The notes beneath the pieces are model-generated. The model was not told where the DNA came from, did no database searches, and saw only the letters and a list, made by a program, of their open reading frames with translations. Both the position numbers and the translations under genes were made by a program. Below, in pieces: positions 26,657 through 44,301 of a stretch of DNA of 64,000 nt. Origin of the DNA: Octopus vulgaris (Eukaryota); assembly GCA_951406725.2 (NCBI GenBank), contig OX597830.1, forward strand, positions 14,074,001 to 14,138,000. The letters run 5' to 3'. Within the stretch, counting starts at the first letter, position 1. Each line of letters opens with the position of its first letter.

Positions 26657-29200
26657 GTTATAAAACGGTCTTTTGCCACTGTTGTATCTGTTATATTTTT
26701 TTCCTCTTGGCATCTATTTTCAGGAACTCTGTATGTTTTCTTTTCTTTTCACTTGTACGCCTGGGTTCAATCACCTGTAGTGAAGTTGGGTCTTGGAACA
26801 TATCGTACAACCATTCCATGGGTTCCTCCAACTTCTTGGGTTCGCTTTCCACGAATCTCTTTTCCAGTTGGTTCCTGTGTCTCTCTTGTATGCCTTTTCT
26901 ACTTTTCATCCAATACACCATTTTACCTATGCATCTGGTAATTGCACCATCTTCCTAACACTGCTTTTCGTTCTCGTATGTCCTCATATACACCTTTTAA
27001 CCAACTTTAAAGAATCTTGCTATGTCTTCCCTGGAACTTTTTATTTTCTTGCCAGGTAGCAATTTATCAAAACCTGACTTTACTTTCCTTGTAAATATCA
27101 GCTCCGCTGGTATTTTCGGATTTGCTGTAACACGGTACACTCTTAAAAATTGTTGAAGAGCTATCTCATCCGTGCTTTCCTTAAAGTTCTTCTGAAGGTA
27201 TCAACAAAGCGTTTTGCCTGTGCATTAAATCTTGGATGTTTTGGCACCGTAGTTATATGTTCAACTGCGAACATATCAAAATTTGTTTTCAATTTGTTAG
27301 ACACGGGTTGCATTCCATTGACAGACACTTTCTTGTCGGGAATGCCAAATCTTGCAAACAATTCGTGTAAAAGCTCGATCACAGTTGAGGAGGTTGGTTT
27401 TTAATACTTACAAATTCCAGACCATTTTGAAAAACTATCAATTACCACTTAAAGAACCGTTTAAAGGACTAACGAAATCGATGTGTAGTCTCGACCACGG
27501 AACGTTTACTTTTGAACAATATTTACTTCTTATCGTGGACAATTTTTTCGCCAATGGTACATTTCAATTTGATTTAAATATATGTATGCCACTTTACTTT
27601 ACTGCGCTGTTTTTTTGTTTTTCTTATGTTTCAGTCCATCAACCGCATTTGGGCCTTCGACTGCGGCGACTATATTTCTACACAAAACAATTATGGACTA
27701 ATTCCATAAATTGAATAGTTCTATCCACTCTGTGCCAAATAAATTAAGTGAATGTTTTAATACATAAAACTTAGCTTTCTTTCGTTTGATCTTGAAATGG
27801 TACGTTACATACGCATTCACCGATAAAATATGATCTTTTTCCCGTAACACCATGTGCTACCTTTTTAGATTTAATTAATTTCGGCTTACCGACATATTTC
27901 CACGTGTTTTCGTTATGTCACTACCTGAGTCGAACTTCAATTTTACACATCTATTTTTAATTTTTTTACATTTACGAATTTTCTGTTCGTTGTATTACCC
28001 TTTTTTCGATGACAAACTATTTACATTTTTCTCATTGTTCTGACCGTTTAATCATCTTCGTTCTACAGTGCGCCATTTTATGTCCTATATTTCCACAATG
28101 AAAACTCTCCGCTTTTTAAATGGATACTTTTTTTCTTAGGTGCATACCACCACATGCAAAACGTAGGATTATATCTTGATGTTTGTCGTCATTTTTGAAA
28201 ACAGACTATTCTGTACTGGTTTTACTTGGAAACAATCTTTACGTTCAATTTCCTTTGTGTCGTATCTTAATTTAAATATCCTTTCACATTCTTCAGACAC
28301 TTTTTGCAGAGTTAAATGTTGGTTTTACTCTAGCTTTGCAAAATTCTAGTTCTGACTTCTGCGTTATATTCGGCAGCCAGTCCCTGTATAAAAATCAAGC
28401 ATTTGAACATATCTGGCTTTAATTCGTCCAACTTAAACTTTTCGCATTCCCTGTTAACTCTACCAGCATATGTGATGCAGTCCTCGTCGTTGTTTCTCTC
28501 TATGTTCAGACACTTCCAACGTGTGTTGAACAATGAGCTTTTTTCACTGAACAATTTACACAATATATCAATGTGTCATTAAAATTTACGTTCGAAGGTT
28601 TTCTAGGGAGTGCAAAATTACTGTATCGTTCATGTTCTGTTGGAGCCAGTTTTCTCATGGTTAAGCGAGTTTTCGTTTCGTTGTTCCAATCTTTACATTC
28701 TTTCTCGAAAATTTGCTCGTATCTTCTGTAGTATGATTCGAAGGTAACTATTTCGTCAGGTTCATATTTAAATTCAGTTACTGAAATCGCAACATAGTCT
28801 GGCGGGAACGGCCTTTCTGGCTTTCTTGATGACTTCAGCAATTGCAGCAGTTATTGCTGTAATATTATCTATTGTTGTTGCTTCTCTTGTTGCTCTTGCA
28901 GTTGTATCTGATGTTGTTGTTGTTGTTGTTCTTTCAGTTTCTGTTGCTGATTTTGCAGCTCAAGAAAACCGTCCAGCAAATTTTCCATAATTTTACGATT
29001 TTTCATAAAATTTACACAACAAAATCTGTGTGAGTTAGTTAACTCCTCTACGAGTTTCTATTAACTCCACGTGAATCGGTTAATCCTCGTCAAGTTTATC
29101 AATTTCTCTTCGATTTTCTATCAACTCCGCATGAATTGGTTTATCCTCGTCGCCACTGTTACAAAGCGGTCTTTTGCCACTGTTATAGCTGTCTTTGTAC
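26657..29200 (-). mobile_element. Gypsy-type LTR retrotransposon remnant lacking RT/RNase H
   Basis: PBS-like TGGCGACGAG after ...AACA near 29157; Q-rich gag start at 28988; gag TFESYYRRYEQIF, SLFNTRWKCL, FKCLIFIQGL; Zn knuckles; protease FDSGSD; integrase PWSRLHIDF, FARFGIP, HPRFNAQAKRFV; LTR-end motif TGTTA..AA.CGGTCTTTTGCCACTGTT at 26657 and 29157. Confidence 0.85.
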
Positions 29201-29557
29201 AACGGTTGTCTCTCTGACAGATATTGTGATATTCCAAAGTCCTCGATAGGATGTTTCGATCTGGCACTGCACGACCCCCCAGTCGTAGAGTCTTATTATC
29301 CTCAAAAGGTTGGATCGTTATAATGCTCATAACCTCAACTAGCCCTCTATAGAAACCTTGAGTTGTTTCCTTACTAACGGGTTTGTGCAGCTGGTACGAT
29401 GCAGTGAGCTCCTGGCAACATTCTAGATACCAAATGCCCAACATTGGTCGATGTTTGACCCAGGATTGCAGCTCCCTGAATGAGATGAGCTGCGGAAAGA
29501 CGCGTCGCACGAAGGACGCCTACATCAGGCACAAGACCAGCAAGTCCAGAGAAGAGA

Positions 29558-29895
29558 GTAAGTCGATTACATTGATCCCAGTACGCAACTGGTACTTAAT
29601 TTATCGGTGAGCTGGCGAGCTGGCAGAAACGTTAGCACGCCGGGCGAAATGCTTTGTGGTATTTCGTCCGCCGCAGCGTTCTGAGTTCAAATTTCGCCGA
29701 GGTCGACTTTGCCTTTCGGGGTCGATAAATTAAGTACCAGTTGCGCACTGGGGTCGATGTAATCGACTTAATACCTATGTCTGTCCTTGTTTGTCCCCTC
29801 TATGTTTAGCCCCTTGTGGGTAATAAAGAAATAAGTACTTAATTTATCGATCCCGGAAGGATGAAAAGCAAAGTCAACCTCGGTGGCACTTGAAT
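29558..29895. mobile_element. Nested SINE family B: plus-strand copy (29607-29834) inside an older minus-strand copy
   Basis: 15-bp TSD GTACTTAATTTATCG at 29592-29606 and 29835-29849. Confidence 0.85.
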
Positions 29896-30362
29896 TTGAA
29901 GAGGAAGATGAGAGTACAGAAGGAGGTGCTACCTTCTAGCCTGTTTATCAAAAGATGATCGACAGTGGCAAGACTGGTGGGATTGAATGGGGCGATTCTG
30001 AGTATCTTTTTCTAAGCAGGAGGAAACAAACTGGAAGAGGGTACTTTCCATGCCTAGGGGATGGTAGAGTAATCCAGAATTTTTGCTCGGGGTTTAACTC
30101 AGATTACTCTCAATGGGCTACCCCGCTATTGGGGATTTTATTTACTTATTTATTTATTTATTTATTTATTATTCATTTCTTTGATTTCTATTAGAAACCC
30201 TCTGTTATATCCTTTAATGTGGTAGTATCTCCTTTTGATCGGAGTAAACCCCACCGGTTTTGTATACTTTGTTTTCGTTGTTGTTTTTCGTGTGTGTGTA
30301 CTGTAACACGTCCTCCGATATGGTCCACCATGTTTTGGGTTCCTGTAACCAATAAAGGAAAT
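29892..30362 (+). mobile_element. Probable 3' end of an L1/Tx1-like LINE
   Basis: LKRKMRVQKEVL...FIKR*STVA resembles ORF2 C-terminus; T-rich 3' UTR ending AATAAAGGAAAT before a (TTA)n tract. Confidence 0.4.
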
Positions 30363-30435
30363 CATTATTATTACTATTATTATTATTATTTTTATTATTG
30401 TTATTATTATTATTGTTGTTGTTGTTGTTGTTGTT

Positions 30436-30625
30436 GTTAACACGTCGGGCAAAATGCTTAACAGCATTTCGTCCGTCTTTACGTTCTGAATTCAAATGCC
30501 GCCAAGGTAGACTTGGCCTTTCATCCTTTCGAGGTCAATAAAATAAGTACCAGTAGAAGACTGGGGTCGATGAGATCTACTTACCGATCTTCCTAAATTT
30601 CAGGCCTTGTGCCTATAGCAGAAAG

Positions 30626-30626
<1 letters not shown>
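30436..30626 (+). mobile_element. SINE family B, older subfamily tail
   Basis: Body match; tail AAATTTCAGGCCTTGTGCCTATAGCAGAAAG. Confidence 0.8.
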
Positions 30627-31790
<1,164 letters not shown>

Positions 31791-32327
31791 CTATTTATTG
31801 CCGATGTTACTGATAAGCCGGTTAAACCACCTTCAGGAACGAATATTGCGAATAAGGCAAAATATTAACGATCACCTGTACATCTGTACATAAACGTTCT
31901 TCTTCTTCAAGAGATGAAATAATATCTTTCTGCTGATGCAAATTATACGAATTCAGCAAAAAAAAAAAAAAAACTAAACTGAATATCCGCTGAAAGCCAC
32001 TTTAAAAATCGTCAAATGAATTCGCTTATAACAGTGTTAGACTTATCATAATAAGTTTATTTAAGTACACACGTAAAAGAACGATATATGAATAAAAGAG
32101 AACACCCATAGAAATACTTATGAGTGGAGGGAAGAGGTGGTGAAATTCAGCAAATAGAAAAGAGTTGAAAGTGTACAAGCACTGCTTTTCTACTTGTAAT
32201 CTCCAGCATTTAGACACTGCAAGTAATTACATTAATTAAGACATTGAAGAACTTATATGGATGGCAAAATCAGAAATTTTGAGAGCTGATAATACCTGTG
32301 CAATATTACTATCACACATACAAAATC

Positions 32328-33112
32328 GTTACCAGTTCGAATATGCTTGTGGCATATTCGAACCCGCAAGAAATCTGTTGGATCTTTTCGGTTTGAACGG
32401 CAGTTTTTAAAAATAATTTCCACGTAACTAAACACTTTTAAACTTCGTACACTGGTAGAAAGTGTTTATAAAACATCTTTTTGTCTTAGCTTTATTGAGA
32501 AAATTCTATAGTTTGTAAGGTATTTGTTGTTTCTTTTCTTCAATTTCTGCAATTACAACCAATCAATGACGTCTATAGAGATAAAAAAAACATTCTGTGC
32601 CGTATGAATATTCCCCCGTTTAAGAAACAGATTGGGTTTATTTACATTTGTAAAAAAAAAAAAGATACCCTTCCCCCCACCCCTAACCCTAACCCTAACC
32701 CTAAAACAGATTGAAATGCAATAGATCGATACTAAGGTCATAATTATGGGTGACAATTCCATATGACACCGCTAGAGAAAACTGCCGTTCAAACCGAAAA
32801 GATCCAATCTGTTCACTGTATTTTGTCACGGAAAAAATTTCTCACTGCAGACAGATAGGTCTAAACACATCAAGTCAGCCCGCAGCTTCTCCCTAACCAA
32901 ACTGGTTGGTGCATGCATTTCGGAATGGCTATCTCCCCTTCAACACCAGAGACCAGAAAGGGATACTCTGTGGAAATGCATAAATTCACCGATATGGTTA
33001 GGGTTGCTACGAACTGACTTGGTGTGTCTACACCCGTTTGTCTACAGCGAGAAATTTTCTCCATGACAAAATACGGGTTCGAATATGCCTTAAGCATATT
33101 TGAACTGGTAAC
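32328..33112. mobile_element. Old foldback-type element with long imperfect TIRs, interrupted by the MITE
   Basis: After removing the MITE, the left arm (GTTACCAGTTCGAATATGC...TATTTTGTCACGG...CATCAAGTCAG...ATGCATTTC) is the reverse complement of the right arm at about 32970-33112. Confidence 0.7.
32380..32805. mobile_element. MITE (Merlin-like), second copy, 4 CCCTAA units
   Basis: Perfect 28-bp TIRs; 8-bp TSD AATCTGTT (32372-32379, 32806-32813); CCCTAA x4 at 32681-32704. Confidence 0.92.
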
Positions 33113-33287
33113 AAGTTCGTATTTATACACATCACTGCCCAGCGCTTTCATCCTGTACAACATACACCTCTCCAAACTGTACGTAATACTTGGCCTGAAA
33201 TTTTTCTAGGGGTTTAATGGACATCTCTTATTTACACATATCTTATTAATATGTCTTTGTTGTTCTCGCCAGATATGTGCAGAAATA

Positions 33288-34570
33288 TTGGGTTGTCCGG
33301 AAAGTTCGTGCCGATTTATAGCAGCTTACGTTTCGACTTATTTTAGAACATGGTTGAGTCCATAAAATAAGATTTGACTACACCTCCATTTAGAACACAA
33401 TTTAAGATATCTTTTCGTGGAATAAGGTTTATGTTCCTATAACCTGTGTTAATTCTGTAAGCCTTTAAAATGGAAGATAAGAAAGTTCATTTTCAGCACT
33501 TGATGCTTTTCTTTTTCCGTAAAGGGAAAAATGCTTCACAAGCAACCAAAGAAATATGCGCAGTTTACGGTGATGTTTCTTTATCCGAAAGAACTGTACG
33601 GAAGTGGTTCGCAAGATTCCGAGCTGGAGATTGTAGCCTTATTGATAAAGAGCGATCAGGCAGACCATCCACTAAAGATGATGACCAAATCAAGTCATCA
33701 ATTGAGAATAACCTACATTGCACAACCCGAGAATTGGCAGAAAGCCTCAACCTATCAAAATCCGTTGGTCATGAGCACCTGGTAAAGCTTGGGTACACAA
33801 ATCGCTACGATGTTTGGGTACCACGTGAGTTGAGTGAGAAGAACCTTTTACATCGCATTTCCATCTGTGATTCGCTTTATAAACGGAATGAAAACGCGCC
33901 TTTTTTTAAGCAAATTGGGACAGGTGATGAGAAATGATTTATCTACCGAAATGTTCAGAAAAAGAGATACTGGAGTAAGCGAGATGAGCCACCCTTAGCC
34001 ACCCCAAAAGCGGGTCTTCACCCTAAAAATGTCTTTCTTTGTGTTTGGTGGGATTAGAAAGGAATTCTGTACTATGAGCTTCTCCCAAGTAACCAGACAA
34101 CTAATTCTGAGAAATATTGCATACAACTGGACGAGTTAAAAGCAGCAATTCAAGAGAAACGTCCAGAATTGGCCAACAGGAAGAGTGTGGTTTTCCAACA
34201 TGATAATGCAAGACCGCACATTTGTTTGGGGACCAGACAAAAATTGCTGCAGCTCGGCTGGGATGTGTGACCCCACCCTCCATATTCACCAGATACTGCT
34301 CCTTCGGATTTCCACTTATTCAGGTCTCTGCAGAATAGTCTTAATGGTAAAAATGTCAATTCCTTGGATGACGTAAAATGATACCTTGATAAATTCTTTG
34401 CCATGAAAGCACCTCAATTCTAGGAAGAGAGTATTTTCAAGTTAAAGGAAAGATGGAGACGCATTGTGCAACAAAATGGTTCATATTTGGTTGATTAAAA
34501 ATGTAATGGCAAGTATTTATTGACCTTCTTTTTCCTTTAAAAATCGGCACGAACTTTCCGGACAACCCAA
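33288..34570 (+). mobile_element. Full-length mariner transposon (1283 bp)
   Basis: Perfect 30-bp TIRs TTGGGTTGTCCGGAAAGTTCGTGCCGATTT; TA TSD on both sides. Confidence 0.97.
33470..34498 (+). pseudogene. Mariner D,D34D transposase pseudogene (mellifera-like)
   Basis: HTH, WVPREL, TGDEK, HDNARPH, YSPDTAPSDFHLF; 343 codons in one frame with stops at 33935, 34055, 34268, 34379 and 34421. Confidence 0.95.
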
Positions 34571-36232
34571 TATTTATGATTTCTATTAACCTATGATAGA
34601 ATAATGTGACATTTTGCTAATGATGTTGTCAAAAGGAGCACGATACTAAGAATCCAGATACCACGTCCAAATTGTGAGTTTGAGATTTTCTATTCAGCTT
34701 TAGAGATAACTTTCCTCATAACATTACGCTTGAATTTTTTCATTCATTTTGAAGATCTATGGGCCTCACCATAATTTACTTATTAAACTGTCATGTCATC
34801 AGAAAAACAATATTTGACACCAAGCAACAAAAATTATATATTGATTACTGAAATGTTATTATTGAATATTAATCACGGCAATAATAATCTATGAAACACA
34901 AGTATTACTATCCTAATCTCTTTGAAGAAGCGCTTCCGAAAAGGTTAAACAGAGAATTAATTTGTATTATTTAGATGATAAAGTATCTGAATGACATCGT
35001 TCGTGGAAGCGGAGATCATTCGCCTGGGTCTCAACAAAATTTCCGTTACAAATTTGAGAACCAATTTGACTCGAGAGTATTCAAATTGAGAACCAATTTA
35101 AAATGAGAATTGGTCGCTACATTAATTACAGAAAAGTTGTTCTAAAAACGAATTTGATGTCCGAAGGATATAATAAGTTAAATCCTTTGAACTGGTGTAA
35201 ACTAATTCGAATTCTCCTGAAATGAATATTTGATCAGCCCATTGGAAGCCCTGCTGTCTGATAGGAAAGACATAGGGAATTTTATGTAACACCATAGCTC
35301 TGTCACTCGAGGCCAGCCGATGACGTTCAAGTCATCATAATGCGATTATTTAGTGTTACCATATTAATCATAGCTATATAGTTACACCTGTGTTCTTACG
35401 TAATTTTGCTATCAAAGGGCCATTCCATCATGTCCGACGTGCAATGAGTGCTATAGGAGACATGATTCCCTGATTACGTAAATTCAAACTGACCATCCGT
35501 TCTTTATCAGTTTTCAAGTAAGTGCCTATCTGACAACTGCAATTATATTCATATATTCCAAAGATTTTTTTCACAAATTTACACTTCGATGCATTTCTGT
35601 AATGTGGATCACGCATTTGTCTTTATAATTCATTGGCGTTGTTGTTGTTGTTGTTGTTATCAGTGGTGGTGGTGGTTGTGGTGGTGGTGGTTCTGCTTGT
35701 TGATATCCTTATGGAGTGATTGTTGCTAATGTACTGCTTTCTTTACCATAATTGCAGTATAGGATTACAATTTCTACAGTTGTCTTATTGTTGTAGTGCC
35801 CCCATAATACTATGCAGATATATACAGGCATAAACATATATCTAATAAACACAAACACACTCTCACGTCAGCACACACACACACACACATACACACACAC
35901 ACAGACACACACACACACACACAGACACACACACACACACATGCACACACGCACACCCTCTGGCCTAAACAGCTGCTGTTGCTTTAATTTCGTTATTGCG
36001 TTTCTAATTTTGTCTCCCTTGCAACTACGGGGGGCTTTCGAATGTTATCGGCACCGCACCTTCCTGCAGACCAATGAAACAATCTAAATGAAGAGAATAT
36101 ACGAAAATGAAACAAAAAAGAATCACAATTCCTTCCGACTTCAATTTACAAATGCAGGAACTAAGTAATTCTCCATGTTTCTAAAAACAACAGCAGCAGC
36201 AACAACAACAAGAAGAACAACAACACTAATAA

Positions 36233-36432
36233 TGGTTTCAAAGTCTGTCACAAAGGCAGCTCTTTTGGGGATGTATCGATTACATCGATCCCAGTGTTCA
36301 ACTTGTACTTAATTTATCAACCCCAAAAGGCTGAAAAGCAAAGTCGGCCTCGGTGATTTTGAATTCAGAACGGGAAGACATACGAAACACCGCTGATCAT
36401 TTCTTCCGGCGTGCTATCGATTCTGCCAGCTC
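36233..36432 (-). mobile_element. Diverged SINE family B
   Basis: Reverse match to family B body and head. Confidence 0.75.
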
Positions 36433-36447
36433 AGTGCCTTAGGAATG

Positions 36448-36524
<77 letters not shown>

Positions 36525-36526
<2 letters not shown>

Positions 36527-38135
36527 TGCGCAGTATGGGTATAAAATGTTTGATAAAAATATAAATCATCTCATTTACATGGATGATTTAAAGCTTTTTG
36601 CAAAAAATGACCAACAACTCAGGGGCTTACTAGCGATAGTCAAACAATTCAGTGACGACATCAGAATGCAATTCAGCCTCGATAAATGTGCAAAAGCTAC
36701 CTTTATCAAAGGAAAATGACAGAAACATCTAACGTTAACCTTGACCAGCAGAATGTCATAAAAGAACTAGACCCAGCGGAGAGCTACAAGTACCTAGGGG
36801 TAATTGAAGGGAACGGAATAAGGCATTCAGAAATGAAGGAAAGGATCAGGAGAGAATGCTATCGAAGAGTGAGAGCAATACTCAAGACAGAGCTGAATGC
36901 AAGAAACAGGATCGAAGCGATCAATGCATTAGCTATACCAGTCGTGACTTACAGTTTCAATATTGTTAACTGGTCAATCACTGAAATATGTCAGCTCGAC
37001 AGAAAAATAAGGAAACTGTTGACAATGCATAGAATGCACCACCCTAAGGTAGATACAGAACGACTCTATCTGCCAAGAAAAAAGAGGAGGCCGTGGTCTT
37101 TTACAACTGGCAATAACAATGAAGATTGCTACAATTGGCCTAGACACCTACCTGAAAAACTCTGAGGACTGGATGTTAAAACTTGTCTCAAAACATGAAA
37201 ACAAGAAAGCATCATACTCAGTCACAAAACAGGCAAAGCAATATCTAAGTGAATTCCGAATACAACCAATTTCGGAATTAGAGATAGACATACAAGAAAC
37301 AAGCACAGAAAAAGCTAAGCGCATGAAAACCCGTGCCAAAACTGCGGCCTTAGATATTCTGAATAATAAATGGCAAGAAAAACCTCTCTATGGCAAATAC
37401 CCAAAGAGAGCGAATAATGCAGATATTGACAAAGCCCTGACCCATCAATGGCTAATGGCCTCTGGCTTAAAATCTGAAACAGAGGGGTTTATCATAGCAG
37501 CTCAAGATCAATACCTACCAACAAGAAACTACCAGGCCAACATATTAAAGAACGGCAGTAGCCCAACATGTCGTGTATGCCGACAACAAAATGAAACCAT
37601 TGATCATGTTGTCTCCAAATGCAGTCTTCTAGCGCCTACAGAGTACCTCAACAGACATGATAGAGCTGCACAATATATTCACTGGGTAATTTGCAAAAAC
37701 CTGGATTTGCCCCATGAAAAAAACTGGTGGGAACACAATCCACCTCCAGTGCTTGAAAATGACAACATCTCACTCCTCTGGAACTTCACCATTCAAACTG
37801 ACAGGAAGATAGATGCAAATAGGCCAGACATCATATTGAAAGACTTCAGACAAAGAACATGCTTCCTCATTGATATGACTGTCCCAATCGATATAAACGT
37901 ATCTGTCAAGACCTACCAAAAACTGAGCAAATATAAAGATCTTGAAATAGAAATCAGCAAAATGTGGAAGCTGAAGACTAAAACAATACCTGTTGTCATA
38001 GGTGCCCTGGGAATGATAGCGAAAGGGACTGATTGCTACCTAACTCAGATACCAGGAAACCCCAAAATGGCAGAAATTCAAAAGATAGTGCTCATGGGAA
38101 CTGCTCATATCCTACGCAAAATACTCTCTATATAA
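36525..38135 (+). pseudogene. RT plus CCHC plus restriction-like endonuclease ORF remnant (two frameshifts)
   Basis: HLIYMDDLKL, YKYLG, RLYLPRK, CRVC..ETIDHVVSKC, RHD, ANRPDI, KLSKYKDL; frameshifts near 36715 and 37082. Confidence 0.92.
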
Positions 38136-38364
38136 TCCCAAGGTTTAAAACAAACTTTTTTATAATTTATTTATTTATTTTATTGTATTTTTTTTGTTTT
38201 ATTTTGTTTATTTTTTTTTATTTTTATGTATTAGACATTCACTAGTACAACACAAAACAACCCCCCAAATATATGGCACAGAACTTCCAACCTGTTGTCT
38301 CTTGAGGTCTCTGGGTGAGACTTGGAGCCAACTTGTACAGACATAAAGCAAAAGTCAAACATAG
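36525..38364 (+). mobile_element. 5'-truncated R4/Dong-clade non-LTR retrotransposon in (TAA)n
   Basis: (TAA)n on both sides; RT and RLE coding remnant plus 3' UTR. Confidence 0.92.
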
Positions 38365-38389
38365 AATAATAATAATAATAATAATAATA

Positions 38390-38439
<50 letters not shown>

Positions 38440-38823
38440 AATAATAATAATAATAATAATAATGATGATGATGATGATGATGATGATGATAATAATAATA
38501 ATAATGATAATAATAATAATAATAATAATTAATAATAATAATAAAAATGAAAATAAAAATAATAATAATAATGATAATAATAATAATAATAATAACAATA
38601 ATAATAATAATAATAGTGATAATAATAATAATTAATAATAATAATAATAATAATAGTGATATTAATAATAATTCATAATAATAATAATAATAATAATAAT
38701 AGTGATAATAAAATAATTAATAATAATAATAATAATAAAAATAATAATAATGATAATAATAATAATTAATAATGATAATAATATTTAATAATAATAATAA
38801 TAATAAAAATAAAAATAATAATC

Positions 38824-38903
<80 letters not shown>

Positions 38904-38948
38904 AAGAAGAAGAATGAAGAAGAAGAAAAACAACAACGACAACAACAA
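38365..38948. repeat. (TAA/TGA)n(GAA)n(CAA)n array
   Basis: Read directly. Confidence 0.95.
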
Positions 38949-38989
38949 CATTTGATAATACCACACAGTAATTGGAGCAAAGATAGCAT

Positions 38990-39360
38990 CATAAGACGGT
39001 TACAATACCAGTGATTGTAGGACCACTTGAAATGATCAGTAAAGAAACTGAAAATTATTTGAGAATGATCCCTGGATTACCATCCATACAGGAATAGCAA
39101 AAGATTGTGTTAACTTAGTACGTCACACGTATTGAGAAGAGTATCGTTGCTGTGAATCTGCTTTTCTTTATTTTCCTTGTTTAATTTTATATTTTATTTT
39201 TTATTTTTTCTCTGACGTTCTTCTTTTTTCTATCACATGACTTTGGAAATGAACAATCTGGTGTGATTATTTTAATGGCCTACAAATGTATACAGTGCGT
39301 GTCTCTGCCCCGGATGTCAGGAAGGCACTTGGCAAGAAAACGAAACAGAATTGAAAGAAA
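38990..39360 (+). mobile_element. 3' fragment of a second R4/Dong family
   Basis: TIPVIVGPLEMI...IPGLPSIQE*QKIVL parallels the C-terminus of the 37119-38135 ORF; ends at (TAA)n. Confidence 0.7.
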
Positions 39361-39372
39361 ATAATAATAGTG

Positions 39373-39440
<68 letters not shown>

Positions 39441-39859
39441 TAATAATTAACAGAATCTGTAACACAACCGAGCAAAAGAATGGCGGACGGATAATAATAA
39501 ATACTATAAAATAGATGGTTTAAGAGTTGCACCTACATACACACGCTACTCTGCAACACCCCTCCAAAAACATACTAGAATAAACTCATACTGTAAATAC
39601 TCAACAAGATGAACGAAACCCACATGTGCCATAGAAGGCTTATACTCGGCAGAAGAACCCGACCTGCGCTACACAATCAACACACTATAAAAACTAATAC
39701 AACCGAAGTCTCAAACAAAACCCCTTAACAAAGCGTACTGATAAAATACAATACCCCCCACACACAAAAAAAAATGCAGCACACACCACCTCGCCAGAAC
39801 AAAGGAGCAACAAATGATGCAATAGAAAGCTGCTTGAAACTTTCAGATGTCGAGAAATA

Positions 39860-41552
<1,693 letters not shown>

Positions 41553-41681
41553 GGGGGAGGAACAACAATGACAACATGTGTTTATGGGTTTGCATTTGTG
41601 AGCTTCATTGCATTAGTTAAGGTATTTCACTGAGTGTGCTGAGTGAGGTGAAAAGTTCCTATCTTTAGGTAAAAGAAAATA

Positions 41682-42005
41682 CGAGAAGATCAGTTACTTA
41701 TGAATTTATTCAATATATTCCCTTCTCAGATTCGCACTCTTATTGCAACTGTCTTTCAGTTTTTTCTAAGCCCAGTATAAACAACTCGGAAGGTTGGGTT
41801 TCCAACCAGGCCTCTGGAACAGTGATCACTTCCAAATGGGTGTGATATTTTGTTCCCTTGAGATGTTTCTTCGGTTGTGGAAAGAGATGACAGTCGGAGG
41901 GAGACAAGTCTGGAGAGAAAGATGTGTGATCTACCAATTCAAAGCCAAAGTCGCGTATTTTCCAAAGAGTATCGTGTACTTTGTGTCCTGGTGCATTGTT
42001 CAATA
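41682..42005 (-). mobile_element. 3' fragment of a second mariner family
   Basis: NNAPGH, FSPDLSPSDCHLF, KKHLKG; TA|CGAG TIR remnant at 41680. Confidence 0.8.
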
Positions 42006-42519
42006 AAAACAGGACTCACGACTCGTGGGAATGATTATTTATTAGTTGTTCTGTTTATCATTATGTCAGGAGTGGGGGAGAAGAGGAAAGCTTTTATTTT
42101 GGATGATGACAATAGGATCAGGTCATGTACATAAAAAGAAACTAGACTTCTGGAATCGATTGTCTGTTGGCCATAGTAAGTGGAATATTCAAAATCTATT
42201 TGTATGAGAGGTAACTGTTAGTAGTAGCTGTGATAGTTTGAATCATGGCTGAAGATTAACAAGTGAAGTATGCAAAAAAAAAAAATAAATATAAATATTT
42301 AAATAAATTTAAATTTTATTTAGAAATAGATTAATAGAAATATAATACGTGCAAAATCTAAAAACAGGAGAAAAATATAACTAATAAAAATAAATGTGGG
42401 AGTAAAAATCTGGGTAAGCAAAGCTAAAAAGTTATAAAAATGTAAAAACAAATTAATAGCGACATCAACAACGAAAGTATTAAAAAAACAACAAAAGCAA
42501 TAAGAACAAAAACAACAAC

Positions 42520-44086
<1,567 letters not shown>

Positions 44087-44301
44087 AAATACATATGGTT
44101 ATCAAAAGTGCAGTGATGGTAGTAATAAGACTTTTGCTACGGAAGTAGTTTTCTATATATTTTGGGGTTTTGTTCTTTTTTTGGGGAGGGGTGGGGGTCT
44201 AAAAGACGAAGATGCTGATTGGGCAAATATCAGAGGATCCTGTTTTCAAAACATGTATGTGCCCGTCATTCAAGGCGCTTCACATTGTCACAGTCTCAAG
44301 C

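Noticed and set aside
35150-35420. Possible Tc1/IS630 remnant (NSPEMNI...W)
   Set aside because: Single weak motif and no TIRs found
37119-38135. 338-aa ORF as an intact gene
   Set aside because: It is the 3' part of a frameshifted, 5'-truncated Dong ORF
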